A stretch of 64,000 nt of DNA from Heptranchias perlo. Taxonomy: Eukaryota. The stretch is from NCBI RefSeq assembly GCF_035084215.1, contig NC_090340.1, positions 17,918,001 to 17,982,000 on the forward strand. The letters run 5' to 3'. The notes under the pieces are model-generated. The model saw only the letters and a list, made by a program, of their open reading frames with translations. It searched no databases and had not been told where the DNA came from. Both the position numbers and the translations under genes were made by a program. This document shows, piece after piece, positions 24,561 to 37,659 of the stretch; within the stretch, counting starts at the first letter, position 1, and every line of letters starts with the position of its first letter.

Positions 24561-26059
24561 GTGAGTCCCTCCCTTGGCACTGTCCGAGGGGGCAGTCATG
24601 ACGGCTTGGGGCTTAAGGCTCCAGTTACGGCTTGCGCCGATGGTATCGCTCGGTGATCTGAAGCACTGTCATAGTTAAAAACAGTCAGTGCTACAGCTCT
24701 CCCAATGTTCCTTCACCAGATTCCATGCACCGGGGAGCATTTAATTACTGACCGGTTATATATAACTTGTCCAAGTACACACACCAAGTTCCCTCTCTAC
24801 GTTGCTCTTGGTACTCTTTCCTCTCAGGGCTCGCATCATCTTTGCCATCTTCCCTGCTACTTGTCCTTCTACACTCCCTCCTACATTCCCATTATTACTG
24901 TGAACATTTTCTGCCCCTATCATTCCTCTCTGTCTTGACCTCACTCCCAATATTGTTCTTTGCTTGTTTTCTCTGTGTCGTCTCTGCTGCCTTTATCTCA
25001 AGTCTTTCTCCATTCTATTTCCCTTTTATTCTTCCCCCTTGCTACGTCCTCCTTATTCTCCCCCATCCTCCCTCCCCTTTATTCTTTCCCCCGCTCTGTT
25101 TCCCAAGGTTCACAGTCAAGTGCTTAATAATAACACTCAAACACAAAGTTTCCTTGGTTTGGTTAATCCTTTGTAGCAAAATGATAAGCAGATTCTTTGT
25201 AAACAGGTTTATGATCTAATCAGCACTAGTGAACAGGGCAAATCCACAATTAGTTATTGTGCATTGCAGCCGAACACAGCACACAAACAGCTCGTATCTC
25301 TGGGCAGCATCAAATATCAGTGCACCTCCACCAAATTGAAAATTACCTTAATATGTTAATGTATCACCAACTAATGGCTTTTCCATTACTGTAGGTAGAG
25401 TACTTCCAGCCTACAGTAACCCTCCACACACCTGGCAGCTGATATTCTGCCCATCCCCCACAGGGTAGCCTTTGATTGAATAATGATTACCTGGGGCCAG
25501 ACCCAGGCTCTCATTTAGACAATAGAAATAGTTGAGAAGCATATGTTAGCCTCTACTTACCTTTTAAAAAATAATTTTGATATTTTTAAAGATCCAGCTC
25601 CATCAGGTGAACAAAAAGTGCAATTTGACCGTTTAATGGGATCGGCCCTAACCTTGTAACAAAGAGGCGAGAGGGTTACCACTGAGTCACAGCTGATAGC
25701 CTTGGCTCCCAGGAGCGGGTGGTCAGCAGCTCAGCTGTGAAGCCTACAGATGAGGTATTGAACCCTGTGAACCCTGTACCTGGAGTAATCTGGGCAGATT
25801 TTAAACTGCAGCCTTTAAAGGAGGATTTAAATTCAGAGAATGTGCAAGTGAAGAGTTACAGTGACATGTATCTGAACCTTTTATTAGCGTCAGGGAAAAC
25901 AGCAGCGCTCCCTGTTTATGACGCTGCCTTTTTATACCTGTTTGTCTCTGTCTCTGTGTCTCCCTTTCGGTCTACTTCACTGTCTATTTGCGAGTAGTAA
26001 TGTAAGGCCAGATAGTGTTAGGAGGAGAGCGACTGTTGTGTTATCACTGGGGTTGGATC

Positions 26060-26830
26060 CTGATTAATGTTGGGAATGAGATGAGTGGGAGCAACCCGAG
26101 GTTAATATTGGGAATGGGATGAGTGTGAGCAGTTCCAAGTTAGTGTTTGGAATGGGATGAGTGTGAGCAGTTCCAGGTTAGTGTTAGGAATGGGATGAGT
26201 GTGAGCAGTTCCAGGTTAGTGTTAGAAATTGGATGAGTGTGAGTAGTTCCACATTAGTGTTAAGAATGGGATGAGTGTGAGCAGTTCCAGGTTACTGTTA
26301 GGAATTGGATGAGTGTGAGTAGTTCCACATTAGTGTTAGGAGTGGGATGAATGTGAGCAGTTCCAGGTTAGTGTTAAGAATGGGATGAGTGTGAGCAGTT
26401 CCAGGTTAGTGTTAGGAATGGGATGAGTGTGAGCAGTTCCAGGTTACTGTTAGGAATTGGATGAGTCTGAGCAGTTCCAGGTTAGTGTTAGGAATGGGAT
26501 GAGTGTGAGCAGTTCCAGGTTAGTGTTAGGAATGGGATGAGTGTGAGCAGTTCCAGGTTACTGTTAGGAATTGGATGAGTCTGAGCAGTTCCAGGTTAGT
26601 GTTAGGAATGGGATGAGTGTGAGCAGTTCCAGGTTAGTGTTAGGAATGGGATGAGTGTGAGCAGTTCCAGGTTACTGTTAGGAATTGGATGAGTCTGAGC
26701 AGTTCCAGGTTAGTGTTAGGAATGGGATGAGTGTGAGCAGTTCCAGGTTAGTGTTGGGGTTGGGATGAGTGTGAACAACTCTGATTAATTCTGGGAATGG
26801 GATGAGTGTGAACAAGCTCAGATTAGACTG
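26060..26830. repeat. 38-bp minisatellite, ~20 units
   Basis: Unit GGGATGAGTGTGAGCAGTTCCAGGTTAGTGTTAGGAAT. Confidence 0.95.
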
Positions 26831-26834
26831 CTAA

Positions 26835-27245
26835 TTAGCTTATCTCAGTGATCGTATTCTTGCCACTGAATTGGAAGGTTGTGGGTTCAAGATTCACTGC
26901 AAGGTTTGAGTGTATAATCTAAACTCCAGTGCAGTACTGAGGAAGCGCTGCATTGTCGGGTGAGACATTAAAGCAAGGTCCTGCCCATCTGTTTGGTTGG
27001 ATTTGAATGTCTCACTACATTATTCGCAGAAATGTCTTTGCCCACATTCTTCCCTCAAGCAACACCACCAAAAACAGTTTAGTGGTTATTGATCTTATTG
27101 CTGTTTGTGGGATCTTGCTGTGTGCAAAATGATTGCTCAATTTGCCTACATACCAACAGTCACTAGTCTTAATTGAAAGTAATTCATTGAAACAAAGTGG
27201 TTTGGGACGATTCTGAGAGATGCAAACCATAAATGAAAGTCTTTC
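26835..27245 (+). mobile_element. tRNA/Deu-domain SINE, decayed
   Basis: GAAGGTTGTGGGTTCAAG head; GCTGTTTGTGGGATCTTGCTGTGTGCAAA body. Confidence 0.75.
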
Positions 27246-27907
27246 TCTCAGTGTAGGGACCAGGACTCACTCCTCGCTCCTTGGGTTCCCTCTACTGTGG
27301 CGGCTGATAATCCCCCACAGAGACTGTCCAGGTGCAGCAAACTCCTCACTCCGCTTGACACACACTGTCTGTGGCTGGGCGAGTCTCCGAGAAGGGACTA
27401 ATAAGTAACTGCAGCAAGGTAGAGCTGCCTGGGGGTGGGGAGGAGGGGACACTTGCAAACCCCTGGGTGGGGTATCATAAGGAGAGGCCCCGACCCAGCC
27501 TGCAAATTGAGCTGGGAAAGATCCAGGAGCCATGGCAACCACAACAAGCTGCTGGCTGCTGTAATGTTAAGCGAACATCGCATTTAAATGTACGAATTAG
27601 CTTTGAACTGTGTCGGTATATTAATCCTCTGGAGGGTGCTGGTGTCTTCAAGCCAGCGTGGGTGGTATTAATGGATCCATTATTCAATAATTTAATTCAG
27701 TTACTCTGGTAATAGGCTTAGTCCTTTTACATCCCTTTTCCTTTTTATTATTTGTGACCAGCCGTCAGACTGGGCCTCTGCACAGTTCGCTATCACTGTA
27801 CCTTGGCCTTACTCCCCGGTGCTCCCTGTAAGTCTGTGCTTATGACCCATAGGAGCAAAACCACTTTATGATCACTGGAACCCTTCAAGCAGACAGCAGT
27901 GTCCTCA

Positions 27908-28215
27908 GGGACCCCACCCCTTGATCACCATCGTGACCCCACCCCTTGATCACCATCGTGACCCCACCCCTTGATCACCATCGCGACCCCACCCCTTGAT
28001 CACCATTGTGACCCCACCCCTTGATCACCATCGTGACCCCACCCCTTGATCACCATCGTGACCCCAGCCCTTGATCACCATCGTGACCCCAGCCCTTGAT
28101 CACCATCGTGACCCCACCCCTTGATCACCATCGTGACCCTACCTCCTGATCACTATCGTGTCCCCTCCTCCTGATCACTATCGTGAGCCCACCTCCTGAT
28201 CACTATCGTGACCCT
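27908..28215. repeat. ~26-bp minisatellite, ~12 units
   Basis: Unit GACCCCACCCCTTGATCACCATCGT. Confidence 0.93.
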
Positions 28216-28309
28216 TGCTGCTGTAGATATTGAGAGTACCAAATTGCTGTGATGTAGCCTGTGGTTCTATAACCTATCGACTCACTGCCCAGACTACACA
28301 CAAAATTTC

Positions 28310-31300
28310 TTCTCCCTCTCCCACCCCTGCCATCTCCCACCCCCTGCCCCCTGCCACCCCCCTGCCCTCTCCGTCTCCCACCCCCTGCCCTCTCCGTCTC
28401 CCACCCCCTGCCCTCTCCGTCTCCCACCCCCTGCCCTCTCCGTCTCCCACCCCCTGCCCTCTCCGTCTCCCGCCCCCTGGCCTCTCCGTCTCCCGCCCCC
28501 TGCCCTCTCCGTCTCCCGCCCCCTGCCCTCTCCGTCTCCCGCCCCTGCCCTCTCCGTCTCCCGCCCCCCGCCCCCTGCCATCTCCCCGCCCCCCCGCCCC
28601 CTGCCATCTCCCGCCCCCCGCCCCCTGCCATCTCCCGCCCCCCGCCCCCTGCCATCTCCCGCCCCCCGCCCCCTGCCATCTCCCGCCCCCCTGCCCTCTC
28701 CGTCTCCCGCCCCCCTGCCCTCTCCGTCTCCCGCCCCCTGCCCTCTCCGTCTCCCGCCCCCAGCCCTCTCCGTCTCCCGCCCCCTGCCCTCTCCGTCTCC
28801 CGCCCCCTGCCCTCTCCGTCTCCCGCCCCCTGCCCTCTCCGTCTCCCGCCCCCTGCCCTCTCCGTCTCCCGCCCCCAGCCTTCTCCGTCTCCCGCCCCCT
28901 GCCCTCTTCCGTCTCCCACCCCCTGCCCTCTCCGTCTCCCACCCCCTGCCCTCTCCGTCTCCCACCCCCTGCCCTCATCCGTCTCCCACCCCCTGCCCTC
29001 TCCGTCTCCCACCCCCTGCCCTCTCCGTCTCCCACCCCCTGCCCTCTCCGTCTCCCGCCCCCCGCCCCCTGCCATCTCCCACCCCCTGCCCTCTCCGTCT
29101 CCCGCCCCCTGCCCTCTCCGTCTCCCGCCCCCCTGCCCCCTGCCATCTCCCGCCCCCCGCCCCCTGCCATCTCCCGCCCCCCAGCCCCTCTCCGTCTCCC
29201 GCCCCCTGCCCTCTCCGTCTCCCGCCCCCAGCCCTCTCCGTCTCCCACCCCCTGCCCTCTCCGTCTCCCGCCCCCCGCCCCCTGCCATCTCCCGCCCCCC
29301 GCCCCCTGCCATCTCCCGCCCCCCGCCCCCTGCCATCTCCCGCCCCCCGCCCCCTGCCATCTCCCGCCCCCCGCCCCCTGCCATCTCCCGCCCCCCGCCC
29401 CCTGCCATCTCCCCGCCCCCCCCGCCCCCTGCCATCTCCCGCCCCCCTGCCCTCTCCGTCTCCCGCCCCCCTGCCCTCATCCGTCTCCGCCCCCTGCCCT
29501 CTCCGTCTCCCGCCCCCTGCCCTCTCCGTCTCCCGCCCCCTGCCCTCTCCGTCTCCGCCCCCAGCCTTCTCCGTCTCCCACCCCCTGCCCTCTCCGTCTC
29601 CCACCCCCTGGCCCTCTCCGTCTCCCACCCCCTGCCCTCTCCGTCTCCCACCCCCTGCCCTCTCCGTCTCCCACCCCCTGCCCTCTCCGTCTCCCACCCC
29701 CTGCCATCTCCCACCCCCTGCCCTCTCCGTCTCCCGCCCCTTGCCCTCTCCGTCTCCCGCCCCCTGCCCCCTGCCATCTCCCCGCCCCCCCGCCCCCTGC
29801 CATCTCCCGCCCCCCTGCCCTCTCCGTCTCCCGCCCCCTGCCCTCTCCGTCTCCCGCCCCCAGCCTTCTCCGTCTCCCGCCCCCTGCCTCTCCGTCTCCC
29901 ACCCCCTGCCCCTCCCGTCTCCCACCCCCTGCCCTCTCCGTCTCCCCACCACACCCTGCCCCTCTCCGTCTCCCACCCCTGCCCTCTCCGTCTCCCACCC
30001 CCTGCCCTCTCCGTCTCCCACCCCCTGCCCCCTGCCATCTCCCACCCCCTGCCCTCTCCGTCACACACCCCCTGCCCTCTCCCTCTCCTGATCCACCCCC
30101 TGCCCTCTCCCTCTCCTGATCCCACCCCTGCCCTCTCCCTCTCGCTGCCCTCTCCCTCTCCTGATCCCACCCCCTGCCCTCTCCCTCTCCTGATCCACCC
30201 CCTGCCCGTTCCCTCTCCTGATCCCACCCCCTGCCCTCTCCCTCTCCTGATCCCACCCCCTGCCCTCTCCCTCTCCTAGATCCCATCCCCTGCCCGTCCC
30301 TCTCCTGATCCCACCCCTGCCCTCTCCCTCTCGCTGCCCTCTCCCTCTCCTCTCCTGATCCACCCCCTGCCCTCTCCCTCTCCTGATCCCACCCCCTGCC
30401 CGTTCCCTCTCCTGATCCCACCCCCTGCCCTCTTCCCTCTCCTGATCCCATCCCCTGCCCGTTCCCTCTCCTGATCCCACCCCCTGCCCGTTCCCTCTCC
30501 TGATCCCACCCCCTGCCCGTTCCCTCTCCTGATCCCACCCCCTGCCCGTTCCCTCTCCTGATCCCACCCCCTGCCCGTTCCCTCTCTGATCCCACCCCCT
30601 GCCCTCTCCCTCTCCTGATCCCACCACCTGCCCTCTCCCTCTCCCACCCCCTGCCCTCTCCCTCTCCTCTCCTGATCCCACCCCCTGCCCTCTCCCTCTC
30701 CTGATCCCACCCCCTGCCCGCTCCCTCTCCTGTTCCCACCCCCTGCCCTCTCCCTCTCCTGATCCCACACCCCTGCCCTCTCCCTCTCCTGATCCCACCC
30801 CCTGCCCGCTCCCTCTCCTGATCCCACCCCCTGCCCTCTCCCTCTCCTGATCCCACCACCTGCCCTCATCCCTCTCCCACCCCCTGCCCTCTCCCTCTCC
30901 CTCTCCTGATCCCACCCCCTGCCCTCTCCCGTTCCCTCTCCTGATCCCACCCCCTGCCCGTTCCCTCTCCTGATCCCACCCCCTGCCCGCTCCCTCTCCT
31001 GATCCACCCCCCTGCCTGCTCCCTCTCCTGATCCTACCCCCTGCCCGTTCCCGCTCCTGATCCCACCCCCTGCCCGTTCCCGCTCCTGATCCCACCCCCT
31101 GCCCTCTCCCTCTCCTGATCCCACCCCCTGCCCTCTCCCTCTCCTGATCCCACCCCCCTGCCCGCTCCCTCTTCCTGATCCCACCCCCTGCCCGCTCCTC
31201 TTCCTGATCCCACCCCCTGCCCGCTCCCTCTCCTGATCCCACCCCCTGCCCGCTCCCTCTCCTGATCCCTACCCCCTGCCCGCTCCCTCTCCTGATCCCA

Positions 31301-31440
31301 CCCCCTGCCCGTTCCCTCTCCTGATCCCACCCCCTGCCCGTTCCCTCTCCTGATCCCACCCCCTGCCCGTTCCCTCTCCTGATCCCACCCCCTGCCCGTT
31401 CCCTCTCCTGATCCCACCCCCTGCCCTCTCCCTCTCCTGA
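28310..31440. repeat. 3.1-kb pyrimidine-rich compound minisatellite (~23-bp unit to ~30065, then ~29-bp unit)
   Basis: CCCTCTCCGTCTCCCGCCCCCTG / CCCCTGCCATCTCCCG, then CCCTCTCCCTCTCCTGATCCCACCCCCTG. Confidence 0.95.
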
Positions 31441-31744
31441 CCTTTGCATACTGAGTGTGTGGGGACAGACCTGGCTGTATGGCAGATCAAGCTCTGCATC
31501 TTTGAATCAGGGCTGGTTATACAAAGGAGGTTGATGCTGAGACAGGCCTCTGGTGCAGGTGGGGCCCCAGTGCTGTGAGCTCAGATCACAACCAGCTGCT
31601 GAAACCATTTGGTTCCAATCAGCTTGAAGCATTTTAACTGTTGTTTGCTGCCCTCTGGAGGAGTGTTTTTAAACCTAATTTTTGTTTCAATAATTCCCCC
31701 CCCCCACCACTCACACCTTACCGAAGGTGCCATCTCCTCATTGG

Positions 31745-32300
31745 GTGTGAGTCACATTCCTCACTGGGTGGGGGGCACATTGCTGTCTGGGTGGGGGGGC
31801 ACATTCCTCTCCGGGTGGGGGGGCACATTCCTCTCCGGGTGGGAGTGGGGGCACATTCTTCTCCGGTGTGGGGGGGCACATTCCTCTCCGGGTGGGGTGG
31901 GGGCACATTCTTCTCTGGATGGGGGGGCACATTTCTCTCTGGATGGGAGGGGCACATTTCTCTCTGGAGGGGGGGCACATTCCTCACTGGGTGGGGGGGC
32001 ACATTTCTCACTGGGTGGGAGGGGCACATTTCTCACTGGGTGGGGGGGCACATTTCTCACTGGGTGGGGGGGGTACATTCCTCTCTGGATTGGGGGGCAC
32101 ATTCTTCTCTGGGTGGGGGGGGCACATTCCTCACTGGGTGGGGGGGGCACATTCCTCACTGGGTGGGGGGGTACATTCCTCTCTGGGTGGGGGGGGGGCA
32201 CATTCTTCTCTGGATGGGGGGGTGGGCACGTTTCTCTCTGGGTGGGGGGGCACATTTCTCACTGGGTGGGGGGGCACGTTCCTCACTGGGTGGGGGGGGT
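31745..32300. repeat. ~24-26-bp G-run minisatellite
   Basis: Unit CACATTCCTCACTGGGTGGGGGGG with variable G-run length. Confidence 0.92.
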
Positions 32301-32404
32301 ACGCACCGAAGTGGTACTTCTTCATGTGGGAACCTGCACCGTGAGTGGTGGAGAGCAGTCTTAACACACTCAATGTACATTTTACAGTAGGGCTGAGGAT
32401 AGGG

Positions 32405-33695
32405 AGAGGGCGGGGATTGGATCAGGAGAGGGAGAGGGTGGGGATTGGATCAGGAGAGGGAGAGGGTGGGGATTGGATCAGGAGAGTGAGAGGGTAGGGA
32501 TTGGATCAGGAGAGGGAGAGGGTGGGGATTGGATCAGGAGAGGGAGAGGGTAGGGATTGGATCAGGAGAGGGAGAGGGTGGGGATTGGATCAGGAGAGGG
32601 AGAGGGTAGGGATTGGATCAGGAGAGGGAGAGGGTGGGGATTGGATAAGGAGAGGGAGAGGGTAGGGATTGGATCAGGAGAGGGAGAGGGTGGGGATTGG
32701 ATCAGGAGAGGGAGAGGGTGGTGATTGGATCAGGAGAGGGAGAGGGTAGGGATTGGATCAGGATAGGGAGAGGGTGGTGATTGGATCAGGATAGGGAGAG
32801 GGTGGTGATTGGATCAGGATAGGGAGAGGGTGGGGATTGGATCAGGAGAGGGAGAGGGAAGGGATTGGATCAGGAGAGGGAGAGGGTGGGGATTGGATCA
32901 GGAGAGGGAGAGGGTGGGGATTGGATCAGGAGAGGGAGAGGGCGGGGATTGGATCAGGATAGGGAGAGGGAAGGGATTGGATCAGGAGAGGGAGAGGGAA
33001 GGGATTGGATCAGGATAGGGAGAGGGAAGGGATTGGATCAGGAGAGGGAGAGGGAAGGGATTGGATCAGGAGAGGGAGAGGGAAGGGATTGGATCAGGAG
33101 AGGGAGAGGGTGGGGATTGGATCAGGATAGGGAGAGGGAAGGGATTGGATCAGGAGAGGGAGAGGGAAGGGATTGGATCAGGAGAGGGAGAGGGAAGGGA
33201 TTGGATCAGGAGAGGGAGAGGGTGGGGATTGGATCAGGAGAGGGAGAGGGTGGGGATTGGATCAGGATAGGGAGAGGGTGGTGATTGGATCAGGATAGGG
33301 AGAGGGTGGGGATTGGATCAGGATAGGGAGAGGGTGGGGATTGGATCAGGAGAGGGAGAGGGAAGGGATTGGATCAGGAGAGGGAGAGGGTGGGGATTGG
33401 ATCAGGAGAGGGAGAGGGTGGGGATTGGATCAGGAGAGGGAGAGGGCGGGGATTGGATCAGGATAGGGAGAGGGAAGGGATTGGATCAGGAGAGGGAGAG
33501 GGAAGGGATTGGATCAGGAGAGGGAGAGGGAAGGGATTGGATCAGGAGAGGGAGAGGGTGGGGATTGGATCAGGAGAGGGTGGGGATTGGATCAGGAGAG
33601 GGTGGGGATTGGATCAGGAGAGGGAGAGGGAAGGGATTGGATCAGGAGAGGGTGGGGATTGGATCAGGAGAGGGAGAGGGTGGTGATTGGATCAG
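32405..33695. repeat. 28-bp purine-rich minisatellite, ~46 units
   Basis: Unit GGGATTGGATCAGGAGAGGGAGAGGGTG. Confidence 0.95.
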
Positions 33696-33769
33696 CTTGC
33701 GGAGAGGGCAGATTAGGATCAAGTAGGGTGGGATCAGGATCGGTAGACAATGGTGAATGGTTTCAAGAC

Positions 33770-33930
33770 AGGGATGTGATTAAGATAGGGGTAATGCAGG
33801 GATGGGATTAAGATAGGGGTAATGCAGGGATGGGATTAAGATAGGGGTAATGCAGGGATGGGATTAAGATAGGGGTAATGCAGGAATGGGATTAAGATAG
33901 GGGTAATGCAGGGATGGGATTAGGATAGGA
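33770..33930. repeat. 28-bp minisatellite, ~5-6 units
   Basis: Unit GGGATGGGATTAAGATAGGGGTAATGCA. Confidence 0.9.
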
Positions 33931-34793
33931 ACAAGGCAGAGATGGGATAAGGGTTTTCAGAGGTTTTCTTTGCAGTTTATGAAAATTTACTTAACATTAA
34001 CAAGAAAGCAGATTACTAAGATTAGGAAGATTACTAACATTATTAACTGTTACTGATATCGGGTCTGGGTTAGCGTCACCAGTCTCTCCCCAAGGGTCTC
34101 TCACGATCAGTTGACTTTCACTGTTCAATATTGAGACATATGACAGCGGGGGTAACAATGAGACTCCTTTATTATATGAACTGGATATTGTGTTCCTCGC
34201 ACGTTCCCTCACAGGTGCTTCTGCAATCTTCCGATAGGTGGACTGATTAACTCTTTAGTGAGATGAGGCCAGCTATGAATTGTTAAGCTGCTTTATTTTA
34301 CCGTCTATAAGTGAACGTACAGACTAACAGTGATAACAGATTTCACCTTTAACTTCAGTTCCTCTCTGCTGTGAATAAAATAATAAACTGCACCACATTG
34401 TCCCAGTTAGTGGGCTCAGTAACACCTTTGCTTTCCATTCTGGTCAGCCCCTAAGCTAAAATCTGACCTGTCCTACTCTTAATTTCCAGCCTAGGGCTCT
34501 CGCCAATTAATGGCTAACATGTGTCTCGTTGCTCTTTTTATGGTATTCCAGTGGACAGGAAGTTAAAGGCTCAACTTACAACCCCTTCCCTATCCAGGGC
34601 TTGGCCAATAAAGCTGGCAATTAAAATGGCTACCCAATGATGTCCCAATGCTGCTGCTTGGCGTGGTTTATGTCAAAGCATCACGGGTTTGTAAACATAT
34701 AATAAAGAGGGTCAATTAATACTTTTCCATGAAGACGGTTATTTTGATGTAAAACGCACTTGGCCTTGACCTCTGACCTGTTTCTTCTTTCAG

Positions 34794-34883
34794 AGGACAA
34801 ACTGGAACAGCAGCATTCCCTGTTCACCCATTACAAGGATCCCTGTCGTCTGGGCCCTGGAGAGGAACAGCCCTGGGTCATCG
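34794..34883 (+). CDS. SMPD3: SMPD3 exon, (E)DKLEQQHSLFTHYKDPCRLGPGEEQPWVI(G)
   Basis: Polypyrimidine tract + cag| acceptor, G|gtgagt donor, 90 nt. Near-identical to mammalian DKLEQQHSLFTHYRDPCRLGPGEEKPWAIG. Confidence 0.97.
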
Positions 34884-34949
34884 GTGAGTGCATCACCCAC
34901 AGCAACAACTAGTGATCCTTCCCTACACTGAGGGTGATGGAGCAGGGGT

Positions 34950-36920
34950 GACAGCCTCACGGTGAGGGACACAGGGCTCACGGTGAGGGTGAGGGGGACA
35001 GAGGGCTCACGGTGAGGGTGAGGGGGACACACGGCTCACGGTGAGGGTGAGGGACACAGGGCTCACGGTGAGGGTGAGGGGGACAAAGGGCTCACGGTGA
35101 GGGTGAGGGGGACACAGGGCTCACGGTGAGGGTGGGGACACAGGGCTCACGGTGAGGGTGGGGACACAGGGCTCACGGTGAGGGTGGGGACACAGGGCTC
35201 ATGGTGAGGGTGAGAGGGACACAGGGCTCGTGGTGAGGGTGAGGGGGACACAGGGCTCACGGTGAGGGTGAGGGGGACACAGGGCTCACGGTGAGGGTGA
35301 GGGGGACACAGGGCTCACGGTGAGGGTGAGGGGGACACACGGTGAAGGGTGAGGGGGACACAGGGGTCACGGTGAGAGTGAGGGGGACACAGGGCTCACG
35401 GTGAGGGGGACACAGGGCTCACGGTGAGGGGGACACAGGGCTCACGGTGAGGGTGGGGACACAGGGCTCGTGGTGAGGGTGAGGGGGACACACGGCTCAC
35501 GGTGAAGGGTGAGGGGGACACATGGCTCACGGTGAAGGGTGAGGGGGACACAGGGGTCACGGTGAGAGTGAGGGGGACACAGGGCTCACGGTGAGGGTGA
35601 GGGGGACACAGGGCTCACGGTGAGGGTGAGGGGGACACAGGGGTCACGGTGAGGGTGAGGGGGACACAGGGGTCACGGTGAGAGTGAGGGGGACAACAGG
35701 GCTCACGGTGAGGGTGAGGGGGACCACAGGGCTCACGGTGAGGGTGAGGGGGACACAGGGCTCACGGTGAGGGTGAGGGGGACACAGGGCTCACGGTGAG
35801 GGTGAGGGGGACCACAGGGCTCACGGTGAGGGTGAGGGGGACACAGGGGTCACGGAGAGAGTGAGGGGGACACAGGGCTCACGGTGAAGGGGACACAGAG
35901 CTCACGGTGAGGTTGGGGGACACAGGGCTCACGGTGAAGGGTGAGGGGGACACAGGGCTCACGGTGAGGGTGAGGGGGACACAGGGCTCACGGTGAGGGG
36001 GACACAGGGCTCACGGTGAGGGTGAGGGGGACACAGGGCTCACGGTGAGGGTGAGGGGGACACAGGGCTCACGGTGAGGGTGAGGGGACCACAGGGCTCA
36101 CGGTGAGGGTGAGGGGGACCACAGGGCTCACGGTGAGGGTGAGGGGGACACAGGGGTCACGGTGAGAGTGAGGGGGACACAGGGCTCACGGTGAGGGTGA
36201 GGGGGACACAGGGCTCGTGGTGAGGGTGAGGGGGACACAGGGCTCACGGTGAAGGGTGAGGGGGACACAGGGCTCACGGTGAGGGTGAGGGGGACACAGG
36301 GCTCACGGTGAGGGTGAGGGGGACACAGGGCTCACGGTGAAGGGGACACAGAGCTCACGGTGAGGTTGGGGGACACAGGGCTCACGGTGAAGGGTGAGGG
36401 GGACACAGGGCTCACGGTGAGGGTGAGGGGGACACAGGGCTCACGGTGAGGGTGAGGGGGACACACGGCTCACGGTGAGGGTGAGGGGGACACAGGACTC
36501 ACGGTGAGGGTGAGGGGGACACAGGGGTCACGGTGAGGGTGAGGGGGACACAGGGCTCACGGTGAGGGTGAGGGGGACACAGGGCTCACGGTGAGGGTGA
36601 GGGGGACACAGGACTCACGGTGAGGGTGAGGGGGACACAGGACTCACGGTGAGGGGAACACAGGGCTCACGGTGAGGGTGAGGGGAAAAAGGACTCACGG
36701 TGAGGGGGACACAGGGCTCACGCTGAGGGTGAGGGGGACACAGGGGTCACGGTGAGGGTGAGGGGGACACAGGGCTCACGGTGAGCGTGAGGGGACACAG
36801 GGCTCACGGTGAGGGTGGGGGACACAGGGCTCACGGTGAGGATGAGGGGGCCACGGGGCTCATGCTGAGAGTGAGAGGGCCACAGGGCTCACGATGAGGG
36901 TGGGGGACACAGGGCTCACA
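34950..36920. repeat. 29-bp G-rich minisatellite, ~70 units
   Basis: Unit GGGGGACACAGGGCTCACGGTGAGGGTGA. Confidence 0.95.
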
Positions 36921-37659
36921 GTTAGGATCAGGGACTCCGGCCTTGCACTGAATGTGAAGGGGGGGTGGTGGGGACGAGACGGCACCCCCTCATGATGAGG
37001 GGAAAGGCCGGCCTAACTGTATGGAAATCAGCGAGAAAAATGGACACACACATTCAATTTGATAATCTGTCTGGTGCTCACGACCGCTGACCCTGACGGG
37101 TGTGCACAGAAATTGTGAGCTATTTAAATCTGTGCACATGGGACATCTGTCCAAACCCGTGCTGGGTTAAAGGGCTAAGCCCAGGCATGCTGTCTTGTGA
37201 CTGACAGAAGTCGGGTTCTATTTATGAAGCGGGGAAGATAACCCCTGAGTTTGATGTGATTTAATGGAGTGCTGAATTAGGAGATGATGGGAAGAGTCTG
37301 AACTTTAACATGTAACAGAAAATAGAAAGGAGAAAGTTTGACCTTGCACTTGTAAAATAGGAGGGGCAACTGTGGGACAAAAAGGCCACAAGTGGGTACA
37401 AGGGGCCTGTCAGTCTAAACCGAGAATGTTTCACTCTGTCTCATGCCCCCAGTTCACAGCCCTAATATCATTGAGGGACAAGCTCTTGTCTAATTACAGA
37501 GGAGACATGTTTATTGTTCCAGCCTGTCAGAAACCATCGTGTTTCAGAGTGTTTAGTCCCTTGTGACTGAGCTCTCTGAAAGATGCATTGTGTTTATTCT
37601 GAATGGTTTGTTAGTTTGCTGTGAAGGCTTTGATACTTGACACGCTGTCTGTGTGACAG

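Noticed and set aside
28203-33811. Long Gly/Arg/Glu-rich and Pro-rich ORFs (up to 674 aa)
   Set aside because: They are open in several frames on both strands because the repeats lack stop codons; they are intronic and have no domain structure.
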